64,000 bases of DNA from Candidatus Pyrohabitans jungbluthii (GTDB lineage Archaea; Hydrothermarchaeota; Hydrothermarchaeia; Hydrothermarchaeales; BMS3B). Below are positions 10,149-19,102 of this stretch, piece after piece; position 1 is the stretch's first letter; the number at the start of each line of letters is the position of its first letter. Where the stretch lies: assembly GCA_002010065.2 (NCBI GenBank), contig MTMD02000002.1, positions 384,001 to 448,000 of the forward strand, in the 5' to 3' direction. Below the pieces are notes generated by a model. The model had not been told where the DNA came from and made no database searches. It was given only the letters and a program-made list of their open reading frames with translations. The translations under genes were made by a program, and so were the position numbers.

Positions 10149-10906
10149 TCCACCTGATTCAGCCTTATCCTTACCGTTGCCACAGGGTCAATGGGATCGT
10201 TGGACTGAATGTACACCTCGCGGATAACATAGCCTCGTAGGTCAGGGTGAACAGTGGGGTCGTAGTAAACTTTTAAGATGGCGGTTTCGCCAGGCGCGAG
10301 CTTCGCAGCCAAGCGAGAAGGATTGCTGCCGTCGCCCATATCCATTCCAAACCTCGGTCCCTCGACGCCCTTCACCACAAGCGAAGCGGTGGTGCATCCA
10401 CAGGAGGTGGCTAAGCTGGTGATGACAAGCTCCTTCTTGCCCTCGTTCTTGATGTGGAATATGGTTTCAACCACGCCGCCGCGAACACTAACATTGCCCA
10501 GGTCAGCGCTGACCGGGAACACGCTTATCTGTGGTCTATCTTTGGGTGCGTTTTTGATCAGGTATGCCCTGAACTCGGCTTTTGCAGCCTCATCCCTGAA
10601 GGAGTCCATGCCGTACCGCGCTACATACTTGGTCATCACCTGCATTTTATCCAGGCCGGCGTCGATTAGGCCGTCAGCATAAGCCTTGCGCTCTATCGCA
10701 AGCTCACAGCACTCTGCGCTTATCGGCTCACCGCAGCATGGGCACTGAAAGGTATTGTAAATCTCATCGTAGGCAACCTGAACCCCATTGCTAGAAGGTA
10801 AAGCTGAAAATTTGGCCGCCGCGAGCCCGCTTGCGCCCCCGAGAAGAAAAACCACCGTGAGGAGGGCGGCAAGGTATATTCTATCACCGAGGATTCTTAT
10901 CATCAA
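10145..10906 (-). CDS. Membrane-anchored protein with CcmH-like CPCC domain and C-terminal DUF1573-like Ig domain
   Basis: N-terminal TM; FQCPCCG..I...CC...G.....VARYG resembles the CcmH N-domain; KNEGKKELVI...TSCGCT...LAPGE is the DUF1573 pattern. Confidence 0.65.
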   Translation of the reverse strand: MMIRILGDRIYLAALLTVVFLLGGASGLAAAKFSALPSSNGVQVAYDEIYNTFQCPCCGEPISAECCELAIERKAYADGLIDAGLDKMQVMTKYVARYGMDSFRDEAAKAEFRAYLIKNAPKDRPQISVFPVSADLGNVSVRGGVVETIFHIKNEGKKELVITSLATSCGCTTASLVVKGVEGPRFGMDMGDGSNPSRLAAKLAPGETAILKVYYDPTVHPDLRGYVIREVYIQSNDPIDPVATVRIRLNQVD

Positions 10907-10957
10907 TAACTCTTTGCCAGTGCCTTTTATTTCCTTTTTCCCAAATCTCTACCAATT

Positions 10958-11488
10958 TTACTCCTGGGTTAATTCCAGGCTGCAGGTGGAGTGAAGTCCA
11001 GATTTAATAAGGTGGTGTCTTGCTGCATAGAGGACTATAAACCCAATGGTATACGCAAGCACATTCACCCCAATGTTGCTTGCCCCCACTTCCCTGAACT
11101 CGTAGGGCAGGAGAATCACTGCCATCAGAATCACAATCAGCGAGACCTCCAGAACCTCGCTCAGAAGGGCACCCATTCGTTTGCAGGCGTATCTGTGGTA
11201 CTGCCTCAGTATCCTGAAAAGCTCCAGCATTATCAGAGAGGTGCCAAAGTGCTGGAAAAATATCTTCTGCTCCTCGACCTTATGGATCGGCGGGTTAAAG
11301 TTGTAGGTGATTATCCAAACATCATAGATGTACCTCAGAAAGTGATAAAGGGAGATGGTTGCGGATGTTCCAACCGCTATCAGCAGGATTATTATAAAGA
11401 GCCTGAAAGGTCTCCTTATATCCTCCTTAACCCCCTTAACAAAGTCAGAGAACACACCTCTAATGACCTTATCAGCATTTTCTTTCAT
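10958..11488 (-). CDS. PsiE-like membrane protein
   Basis: 4 TM helices with LIMLELFRIL..Y and EVSLIVIL..VIL. Confidence 0.55.
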   Translation of the reverse strand: MKENADKVIRGVFSDFVKGVKEDIRRPFRLFIIILLIAVGTSATISLYHFLRYIYDVWIITYNFNPPIHKVEEQKIFFQHFGTSLIMLELFRILRQYHRYACKRMGALLSEVLEVSLIVILMAVILLPYEFREVGASNIGVNVLAYTIGFIVLYAARHHLIKSGLHSTCSLELTQE

Positions 11489-11562
11489 TTACCCACCCAT
11501 TCTTTAAACTTTTGAAGAAAATTTGCTCATCCATGACATATAAAAATAGCGGGGCAGTAATA

Positions 11563-12813
11563 CTATATTTTGTGCATTTCCCTCCTAATGCCTATGGTCG
11601 ACACAACACCTGCGAAAGCCAGGCTTAGCGACGAGGCGATGGCGGCGCCGGTTATTCCAAAGCCAGGAATGAGGAGGAGGTTGAGAAGCACATCCAGGGT
11701 TGCGGCAGCGCCGAGAATTTTCATTGGTAGCGAGGGCTTGCCCAAGCCCTGAAATATCCCCGAATTCACTGTGAAGAACCCGTAGAAGAAGCTGCCCACC
11801 GTTAGAATCCTGAAGGGGTATGCCGCCTCTGCGTAAGCGGAGCCGAAGAGCAGGGTTATTATCGGCTTGGCGAAAAGCAGGGCTATAGCGGTGGCAACGC
11901 CCAGGATTGGAAAGAGCAGCCTGTAGGACTTCTCCACCTGCGTTCTCAACGCTGCCCTGTCGCTTTTTGCGCTCAGGGCGGCTACGCTCGGGAGCAACGC
12001 TGCGGTGAGCGCCGAGGCGAAGGCTAAGCCGAGCCTTGCGGTGGGCGAAGCAGCGCTGTAGATGCCCACCTCCTGGGGCGGGAGGTAAACGCCGAGCAGG
12101 AGGATGTCCACATAGGCGAGGGCAAAGGCTGCGACGGAAGTCAGGGAGACGGGTATGGAGAAAATGAAAACCCCCTTAAAGGCGGCAAGGCTTCTCCTTG
12201 CGCTGGAGATTCCAAGGCTGCGGAAGAGGAGGTACGCGAGAAGCATCGCTACAGCGAAGCCCAGAGTTGAGCCCAGAATTGCGCTGTTTGCAGTGGCTGA
12301 GATGAACACCACTAGCACGAGGGCAAACGCTATCCTCAGCGCCTGCTGTGCAGCGAGGGTTAAAGAGAGGGTGCCGAACCTTCTCAACCCCTGAAACACA
12401 CCCGAGAGGGCCGCAAGGGCAAAGCCAAAGGGGAGCGCAATAGCTGAGATGCGCAGCGTGGTAACCAGCGAGGGCTCGCGGAAAACTTCAATGGCGAGGG
12501 GCGCTAAAGTAAAGAAAACAGCGCCGAGAAGCACCCCAGCTAGGGTGTAGTAGAGCAGCGAAGAGGCGGCAATTTCATCTCGCCTGCGAAGCTCACCCCT
12601 TGCGTGCTCCTCGGCGATGAACTTGGCCAAGCTGGGCGCTATTCCAGAGGAGGCGAGCACAACCACGAAGAACTGCAGGGGCAGAGCGAGGTTGAGGAGG
12701 CCAAACTCATAGGGGGAGAGCAACCTTCCCATTAAAATGCGGTATACGTAGCTTCCAAAGCGCACCACAAGGTTGCTCAGAGTGAGAGTTAGGCTTGACC
12801 TGAGGAGGCTCAT
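11563..12813 (-). CDS. Flippase (Wzx / polysaccharide biosynthesis, MOP superfamily)
   Basis: About 12 TM; RLLSPYEFG, VDILLLG, VGIYSAA, LNLLLIPGFGITGAAIAS. Confidence 0.9.
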   Translation of the reverse strand: MSLLRSSLTLTLSNLVVRFGSYVYRILMGRLLSPYEFGLLNLALPLQFFVVVLASSGIAPSLAKFIAEEHARGELRRRDEIAASSLLYYTLAGVLLGAVFFTLAPLAIEVFREPSLVTTLRISAIALPFGFALAALSGVFQGLRRFGTLSLTLAAQQALRIAFALVLVVFISATANSAILGSTLGFAVAMLLAYLLFRSLGISSARRSLAAFKGVFIFSIPVSLTSVAAFALAYVDILLLGVYLPPQEVGIYSAASPTARLGLAFASALTAALLPSVAALSAKSDRAALRTQVEKSYRLLFPILGVATAIALLFAKPIITLLFGSAYAEAAYPFRILTVGSFFYGFFTVNSGIFQGLGKPSLPMKILGAAATLDVLLNLLLIPGFGITGAAIASSLSLAFAGVVSTIGIRREMHKI

Positions 12814-12920
12814 CCTTTATGGTATAAGGGGCGTGGATAATAAGGGTTTTGATGGAAACAACAAAGTAGCCACTATATCCTATTATTTTAGAAAAGTGGA
12901 CTTCACCACTTTCGGCTGGT

Positions 12921-13322
12921 TTATTTGTTTAATTTTTCGATGTCTAATGGCGGAATTTCTTTATATGGTTTCTTTTCATCTGATTTTTTTATATCTTTTA
13001 CTAATTTGTTATATTCAATAATCTTTGACTGAAGTTCTACGAATTCTGATTGTAGTTTTATTATATCCCTCATCTGGCGGATCTCTTCTGATTTTTTCCA
13101 TCCTTCAATTCCTTTGAAAATTAAATAAATACCAATTATAGCAAATAAGAAATCAAAAAGAAATGCCTGGAAATAATTATTTTCAATCCAAGTATAAATA
13201 GTATTTCCTATAGTATGACCAATTAATACCCACAGATAAAACGAAAGAACAAATAAAGCGATTCCAAGAATAATAATAAATGTATGAAATCTTTTGAAAG
13301 TATCAGAAGGTATGAAATTCAT
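12921..13322 (-). CDS. AT-rich hypothetical membrane protein (2 TM + coiled coil)
   Basis: 133-aa ORF inside a visibly AT-rich patch (about 12850-13530). Confidence 0.6.
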   Translation of the reverse strand: MNFIPSDTFKRFHTFIIILGIALFVLSFYLWVLIGHTIGNTIYTWIENNYFQAFLFDFLFAIIGIYLIFKGIEGWKKSEEIRQMRDIIKLQSEFVELQSKIIEYNKLVKDIKKSDEKKPYKEIPPLDIEKLNK

Positions 13323-13530
13323 TTATTTCAACTCCTATCCCATGCCCCAGCATTTTTAGACTTTTGCTATATTTATGGTAAACCAGTTTTTATATTTTAT
13401 CACTCATATCCAAATCTTTTAAGCAAGTACTGAACAAAAAAGGGGATAAATATGCCCAGATCTGCAAAAAGATCTATGGTTTCTTGGGTCAACAGATAAG
13501 AGGATAAGATAATGCTATATTTGTAGATGT

Positions 13531-14910
13531 CTACTTCCCCATCAGATACTCATGAATCGCCTGCGCAGCACGCTTCCCGGCGCCCATGGCGGCGATTACA
13601 GTCGCCTGCCCGGTGGTTATATCTCCGCCAGCGAAGACCCCCTGCTTGGAGGTGCGCCCCCACTCATCTACAACGATAGTACCTCGCTTGGTGGTTTCAA
13701 TCTCCGGGTGCTTCATCGCTATTATTGGGTTGGGGCTCTGACCTATGGCTATGATTACCGTGTCCGCCTCAACCTCAAACTCAGACCCCTCCACCGGCAC
13801 AGGACTGCGGCGCCCGCTCGCATCTGGCTCGCCGAGCTCGCACCGCAAGCAACGCACCCTGCGAACCTCTCCGCGCTCATCGCCCACAAAGGCTACAGGC
13901 AGGGTGAGGAACATGAACTTAATACCCTCCTCGCGGGCGTGCTCCACCTCCTCCCTGCGGGCGGGCATCTCCTCCTCGCTCCTGCGGTAGATAATCGTAA
14001 CCTCTGCGCCCAGGCGGCGGGCGCAGCGTGCGGCGTCCATGGCTACGTTGCCCGCGCCTATAACAGCTACTTTCTCCCCCACTTTTATCGGGGTGTCGTA
14101 CTCTGGGAAGAGGTATGCCTTCATCAGGTTAACGCGGAAGAGGAACTCGTTGCCAGAGTATATGCCATTCAGATTCTCCCCGGGTATGCCAAGGAAGCGG
14201 GGCAAGCCGGCGCCCGTGCCCAAGAATACGGCGTCGTAGCCGAGCTCAAACAGCTCGTCTATGTCGTAGGTGGCGCCCACCAGCACGTTCGTCTCAATCT
14301 CAACGCCAAGGCTCTTAACGTACTCCACCTCCGCATCAAGCACCTCTCTGGGTAAGCGAAACTCGGGTATGCCATAGGCGAGCACACCTCCTGGCGAATG
14401 CAGCGCTTCAAAGATTGTAACGCTGTGCCCCCGCTCCGCCAGGTAGGCGGCGACAGTTAAGCCTGCGGGCCCTGAGCCCACGACAGCCACGCGCTTGCCG
14501 GTAGGCTCTGCTATTGCCGGCTTCCGCATTCCGCGGGAGCGCTCATAGTCTGCGGCGAAGCGTTCCAGCCTGCCTATCGCTAGGGGCTCAAAGCGCTTGC
14601 CCAGGGTGCACCTCGCCTCGCACTGCTTCTCCTGCGGGCACACTCTACCTGTGATTCCCGGCAGGTAGTTGCTCTCCCGTATAATCGCTATAGCCTTGTC
14701 GAAATCGCCATCGCGAATCGCGCGCACAAAAGAGGGGATGTCTATTCCAACGGGGCAGCCGCTCACGCAGGGTTTATCTTTGCACTGCAGACAGCGCTTT
14801 GCCTCCTGCACCGCTTCCTCCTCGGAGTAACCCAGAGCAACCTCAGCGAAGCTCTTCACCCTCTCCTCAGGGGCAAGTTCCCGCATAGGTACGCGCTTCT
14901 CCCGCTTCAT
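13531..14910 (-). CDS. nfnB: NfnB/SudA-type flavoprotein (GltD-like large subunit of electron-bifurcating transhydrogenase)
   Basis: RCLQC...CVSGCP, GRVCPQEKQC, VVGSGPAG, VIGAGNVAMD, FAGGDI; coupled to the nfnA-like gene. Confidence 0.88.
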   Translation of the reverse strand: MKREKRVPMRELAPEERVKSFAEVALGYSEEEAVQEAKRCLQCKDKPCVSGCPVGIDIPSFVRAIRDGDFDKAIAIIRESNYLPGITGRVCPQEKQCEARCTLGKRFEPLAIGRLERFAADYERSRGMRKPAIAEPTGKRVAVVGSGPAGLTVAAYLAERGHSVTIFEALHSPGGVLAYGIPEFRLPREVLDAEVEYVKSLGVEIETNVLVGATYDIDELFELGYDAVFLGTGAGLPRFLGIPGENLNGIYSGNEFLFRVNLMKAYLFPEYDTPIKVGEKVAVIGAGNVAMDAARCARRLGAEVTIIYRRSEEEMPARREEVEHAREEGIKFMFLTLPVAFVGDERGEVRRVRCLRCELGEPDASGRRSPVPVEGSEFEVEADTVIIAIGQSPNPIIAMKHPEIETTKRGTIVVDEWGRTSKQGVFAGGDITTGQATVIAAMGAGKRAAQAIHEYLMGK

Positions 14911-15734
14911 GTGCCTTCCTCATACAGCTCGAATGCAAGCCTCTCCTCTTCCTTAAAGAACTCCTGTCTGCGCTGGAGTTCGTCGAAGTCAACCTCAGTG
15001 GCGTCGAACTCTGGACCATCGACGCATGCAAACTTGGTGCTGCCTGCGACGGTAACGCGGCAAGCCCCGCACATGCCGGTGCCGTCCAGCATTATAGCAC
15101 CAAGGCTGGCGGTAGCCTTAATCCCATGCTTCTTTGCAATCTTGCCCACGGTTTTCATCATCTTCGTGGGACCTATAGCCAAGATGTAGTCCACATGGTT
15201 GTGCTTAAGGTACTCACGCAGCGCTGCCACGGCGTAGCCGCGCATGCCCGCGCTGCCGTCGTCCGTCGCTATAATAACTTCATCGCAAAGCCTGCGCATG
15301 CGCTCCTCAAAGATTATATAATCCTTGCTCTTCGCCCCCATTATCACCGTAACCCTATTGCCAGCCTGCTTGAGCGCCCTCACTATGGAGTACAGCGCAC
15401 CCGCGGTGCCCTGTCGGCAGATAGCGACGACGTTACCGTAGCGGCGGATCTCGCTTGGCTTGCCGAGGGGGCCCAAAAGGTCGAGGATAGCGTCGCCCTC
15501 CTTGAGGCTGGCGAGCATCTTGCTCGTTTTGCCCACCTCGTGCACCACCATTGTTAGGGTGCCAGCTTCGCGATCGAAGTCTGAGATGGTCATGGGTATG
15601 CGCTCGCCCTTCTCGTGCACCCTGACAATGACGAACTGCCCTGGCTGAATCTTCTTCGCAATCTGAGGCGAGCGTATGACAAAAAGCTTGTAACCTGGAG
15701 CTAACTCTGCCTTATGAACAATTTCGTGACGCAT
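14907..15734 (-). CDS. nfnA: NfnA/SudB-type FAD/[2Fe-2S] small subunit
   Basis: PGQFVIVR...GERIPMTI, GPLGKP, MLDGTGMCGACRV, ACVDGPEFD. Confidence 0.85.
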   Translation of the reverse strand: MRHEIVHKAELAPGYKLFVIRSPQIAKKIQPGQFVIVRVHEKGERIPMTISDFDREAGTLTMVVHEVGKTSKMLASLKEGDAILDLLGPLGKPSEIRRYGNVVAICRQGTAGALYSIVRALKQAGNRVTVIMGAKSKDYIIFEERMRRLCDEVIIATDDGSAGMRGYAVAALREYLKHNHVDYILAIGPTKMMKTVGKIAKKHGIKATASLGAIMLDGTGMCGACRVTVAGSTKFACVDGPEFDATEVDFDELQRRQEFFKEEERLAFELYEEGT

Positions 15735-15797
15735 TCTCGCAACCTCAGAGCTAAAGCTAACGCTGAAGCAATGCCTAACGAGGTAAAATTAGTAGGA

Positions 15798-16049
15798 CTA
15801 CTCGCCGCGAAGCGCCTTAAGCTTTTCGCTGCCCACACACTTCTCGGCGTACTCACACCAGTTTATGCACAGGTTTTCACGGGTTTTCCTAACAATGGTG
15901 CCGCACTCCTCACACTCTGCCTCCACTTCGTCTGTCCATATCTCAACCTCGCTCTTGCAGTTGGGGCAGAGCACATACTCCGGCTTGGGGCGCTTTATCT
16001 CCGCACTTCCCGGGCAGCTTGCCTTTATTGCACTAATGTCTTCAGCCAT
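15798..16049 (-). CDS. Small Cys-rich (Zn/Fe-S) protein
   Basis: CPG...CPNC...EIWTDE..ECEEC...CINWC...KC; lies upstream of nfnAB on the same strand. Confidence 0.8.
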   Translation of the reverse strand: MAEDISAIKASCPGSAEIKRPKPEYVLCPNCKSEVEIWTDEVEAECEECGTIVRKTRENLCINWCEYAEKCVGSEKLKALRGE

Positions 16050-16217
16050 GTCTCCTCGGGATTATTTTAAAAATTAACCTTAATTACATTATCGGCGAAA
16101 ATGTTCGATGGCGAAGAGGCAGGCGTTTCCCAGTGAAGTACAGGCTAAACGAAGTTGGGAGCAAGATGTTGAACTCATCAAAGAGATAGATGTAGTCTAC
16201 AACAACGGCTTCAAAGG

Positions 16218-16859
16218 TCAATGGAAAATATACCTCGCCTCAGCAATTTTTTCCACAAACTCAGTCTCGCTGACCTTTCCCTCAATGTTCAGCCTGTCGT
16301 TTATCACAACCTTGGGCACAGAGGTGACCTGGTACTTGACCACAAGCTTCGGAAATTCCAGCGTATCCACAACGTCCACACGGAAGTTTTCATTAAGCAG
16401 GGCGAAGCGGTTTGCTGTGCTTACAACTCCGGGACAATAAGGGCAGGTAGGCGTAGTAAAGATGCGAAGGTGAAAGGGCGAGGTTATCTTTGAGATTCTG
16501 CGCTTTGATTCTTCCTTTAGCTTGGGCGTCCTAAGAGAAGCTTCCACAAGGGTGTCAATGAAGGGCACAACCTCCTGCCCGGAGGGCGTGCCGTAGTAAA
16601 CTATCTTGTAACCATGAATCAGAAGCGCTGGCATGTATGCGATGCGGTGCCTCTTTGCTTCTTTGCTCTCAGGCGTCAAACCCTTAGTAACCTTAATTTT
16701 TGGAGAAAACCCCTGAAGCTCTGCGATAAACTCTTCCATCTCACGGCAGTAGAGGCAGGAAGAGGCGTGGGTAAAAAGCATGAGATGAACCTCCTCCCCA
16801 AGCTCTTTTAGGGCCTTCTCTGCATAGCTTCTCACATGTTCCTCGAACTTATATACCAT
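16218..16859 (-). CDS. Protein disulfide oxidoreductase (two thioredoxin folds)
   Basis: CLYC and CPYC motifs, YYGTPSGQE, VTSVPKVVIN. Confidence 0.9.
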   Translation of the reverse strand: MVYKFEEHVRSYAEKALKELGEEVHLMLFTHASSCLYCREMEEFIAELQGFSPKIKVTKGLTPESKEAKRHRIAYMPALLIHGYKIVYYGTPSGQEVVPFIDTLVEASLRTPKLKEESKRRISKITSPFHLRIFTTPTCPYCPGVVSTANRFALLNENFRVDVVDTLEFPKLVVKYQVTSVPKVVINDRLNIEGKVSETEFVEKIAEARYIFH

Positions 16860-16871
16860 AACTACCTCCTT

Positions 16872-17000
16872 CTACCTCCTCCCCACCCTGCAAGAGGTAC
16901 ACACACCAGCGACGTAGTGGTGCTCGCAAACTAAGCGACCACACAGCGAACAGGTGAAGCGAGCGGGTTTTCCACAAATGTGACACAAGCCAGCCAGCAT
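16872..17000 (-). CDS. 42-aa Cys/His Zn-finger microprotein
   Basis: GGAGG RBS, then MLAGLCHICGKPARFTCSLCGRLVCEHHYVAGVCTSCRVGRR*. Below the ORF track cutoff. Confidence 0.8.
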   Translation of the reverse strand: MLAGLCHICGKPARFTCSLCGRLVCEHHYVAGVCTSCRVGRR

Positions 17001-17094
17001 TCTAACCCTCCAAGTGCTCTCCCAGCACCTCTATTGCGGCGCGATACTCCTCGTAACTCTCCATGCTTATTGTTCTACCTACGAGAATAAAATA

Positions 17095-18309
17095 TTAACC
17101 CGCGTTATACACCAGACCGAGAACGCGATCGAGGTCGAGGAGAGCATGCCTCACCTCCTTTATTTCATCCTCGCTCAGCCTTGCCTCCCTCATTTCCGTG
17201 ATGAACTCCCAGTAGGCGGAGAGCGCTGTCTCCACATCCAAGTCGTCGTTCATCGCCTGAATAAACCTGCTCCGCATGCGCTGCACCGCGGCGCGTATCT
17301 CGCCCCTAACGCCTCCGCTGCGCTCAGGTGGCATGCTAAGGAGTTCATCAAGCGCTTTAAGCTTTGCCCTCGCCATGTCCAGCTTCTCAAAGGTGAAGTC
17401 AAGATGCCTACGGTAGTGCTCCTGGAGGAGCACCAGGCGAACCTCGCGAGGCGAGTAACCTTTTTTGATAATCTCGCCCAGGGTGTGGTAGTTTCTCAAC
17501 GTCTTTGACATCTTACGCCCATGCCACAGCAGGTGTTTTATGTGCACAAAGAACCTGACATAGGGTTCTCCTGCGATAGCCTCGCACAGCGCAAGGCTGT
17601 TCTCATGGTGGGGGAAGATTAAGTCTTCGCCTCCAGAGGCTATGTCCACGCGCTCACCTAAATAGCGCAGGCTGAGAGCGGCGCATTCCACGTGCCAGCC
17701 AGGGCGCCCCTTACCAAGGTTGCTCTCCCAGCAGACGTCTTCACCGCGCCTGCACGCAACCCACAGAGCGAAGTGCTTAGCCTCGTCGTAATCCTCGCGC
17801 ACCGTTTTTGCTCTCAGGCGATGCTTTGGGGTTTTGCCTGAGAGCCTTCCATAATTCGCCGCCTTAAGCACATTGAAAAACACGTCGTTACTCTCAGCTA
17901 TGAAGGCGTAACCCTTTTCCAGAAGCCTCTCTGCGAGCGTTGCCATTTCAGAGATGTGCTCGCTTGCAAATGGGTAATACTCCGCCCTTTCAATATTCAG
18001 AAGCTCAATATCACGGAAGAATGCGCGGGCGTACTTGCTGGTAATATCCTTCAAGCCTACGCGCTTGCGCTTCGCTCTCTCTATGGTTTTCTCATCCACA
18101 TCGGTGATGTTCATCACATGCACCACGCGGTAGCCAAGGTAGCAAAGCCACCGGCGCAGCAAATCCTGCGCCACAAAGGTGCGGAAGTTACCCACGTGGG
18201 CGTAGTCGTGCACCGTGGGTCCGCAGGTGTACATCCGCACCTCCCCCTCGCGGAAGGTGGTGAAAACTTCCTTTCGTTTAGTTAGAGTGTTGTAGAGCTT
18301 GAACGCCAT
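17095..18309 (-). CDS. cysS: Cysteinyl-tRNA synthetase-like protein, lacking the C-terminal anticodon-binding domain
   Basis: LYNTL, YTCGPTV, HVGN, GRPGWHVEC, FPHHEN, KMSKT, AMNDDLD; the ORF ends just after the DALR helices. Start moved to ATG 18309. Confidence 0.8.
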   Translation of the reverse strand: MAFKLYNTLTKRKEVFTTFREGEVRMYTCGPTVHDYAHVGNFRTFVAQDLLRRWLCYLGYRVVHVMNITDVDEKTIERAKRKRVGLKDITSKYARAFFRDIELLNIERAEYYPFASEHISEMATLAERLLEKGYAFIAESNDVFFNVLKAANYGRLSGKTPKHRLRAKTVREDYDEAKHFALWVACRRGEDVCWESNLGKGRPGWHVECAALSLRYLGERVDIASGGEDLIFPHHENSLALCEAIAGEPYVRFFVHIKHLLWHGRKMSKTLRNYHTLGEIIKKGYSPREVRLVLLQEHYRRHLDFTFEKLDMARAKLKALDELLSMPPERSGGVRGEIRAAVQRMRSRFIQAMNDDLDVETALSAYWEFITEMREARLSEDEIKEVRHALLDLDRVLGLVYNAG

Positions 18310-18388
18310 CCTTATAACCCAGCGATTTACCGTCGTAATCAGAAAGTTTATTAATCGCAAGCTTCCTTTTAACCCCTGAGGGAAGCGC

Positions 18389-19099
18389 ATGATTATCACA
18401 AGGCAGAAACCCCTGGAGGAGATAAAGGAGACGCTCTCCCGCTATAAGGGCGTAGCCCTGATAGGCTGCGGGGGCTGCGTCGCTTTCTACCAGACAGGCG
18501 GGACAAAGCAGACCAAGGAGATGGCAGCCAAGCTGAGAGAGGCAGGGGTAAACGTGGTCGCCCTCGGCGTCAGCAACAGGCAGTGCTACCTCTGCGAGGA
18601 AAAGGAAGTCGCCGATCTGAGCGATGCGGAGAGGATAAGAAAAGTTGCCCGAGAGCTTGAGGGCTTCTCCAAGCTTGAAGAGGCGGAGGCGGTGCTCAGC
18701 CTAGCCTGCGGCGTTGGGGTGCAGAACCTGGCGAATATCCTTGACATGCCGGTGCTTCCGGCGCAGAATACCCTGTTTATGGGACGTAGACGCGTGGAGG
18801 GTGACTTTGACCTGGAGCAGTGCATAGGCTGCGGCAACTGCATCCTCGCATTCACCGGCGGAATCTGCCCTGTGACGCGCTGCGCCAAGTCGCTGATGAA
18901 CGGCCCCTGCGGCGGTGTGTTCAACGGCATGTGTGAGGTGAGCAAGAGCAGAGTGAGCGAGCATCCAGTACCCTGTGCGTGGATAGAGATTTACAACAAG
19001 CTTAAAAAGCAGGGTCGCGTTGATGAGATGCGGAAGATACGCCCGCCTAAGGACTTCACCAAGGCGGCGCACATGCGCAAGGTTGCGTGGGGGTTATAG
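18389..19099 (+). CDS. metV: Methylenetetrahydrofolate reductase Fe-S subunit (MetV-like)
   Basis: GCGGC, ACGVGVQ, CIGCGNCIL...CPVTRCAKSLMNGPCGG...CEV...CAW; directly upstream of metF. Confidence 0.88.
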   Translation: MIITRQKPLEEIKETLSRYKGVALIGCGGCVAFYQTGGTKQTKEMAAKLREAGVNVVALGVSNRQCYLCEEKEVADLSDAERIRKVARELEGFSKLEEAEAVLSLACGVGVQNLANILDMPVLPAQNTLFMGRRRVEGDFDLEQCIGCGNCILAFTGGICPVTRCAKSLMNGPCGGVFNGMCEVSKSRVSEHPVPCAWIEIYNKLKKQGRVDEMRKIRPPKDFTKAAHMRKVAWGL

Positions 19100-19102
19100 G
19101 CT

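Noticed and set aside
17002-17064. 20-aa ORF MESYEEYRAAIEVLGEHLEG as the missing CysRS C-terminus
   Set aside because: Too short, and no convincing match to the anticodon-binding domain.
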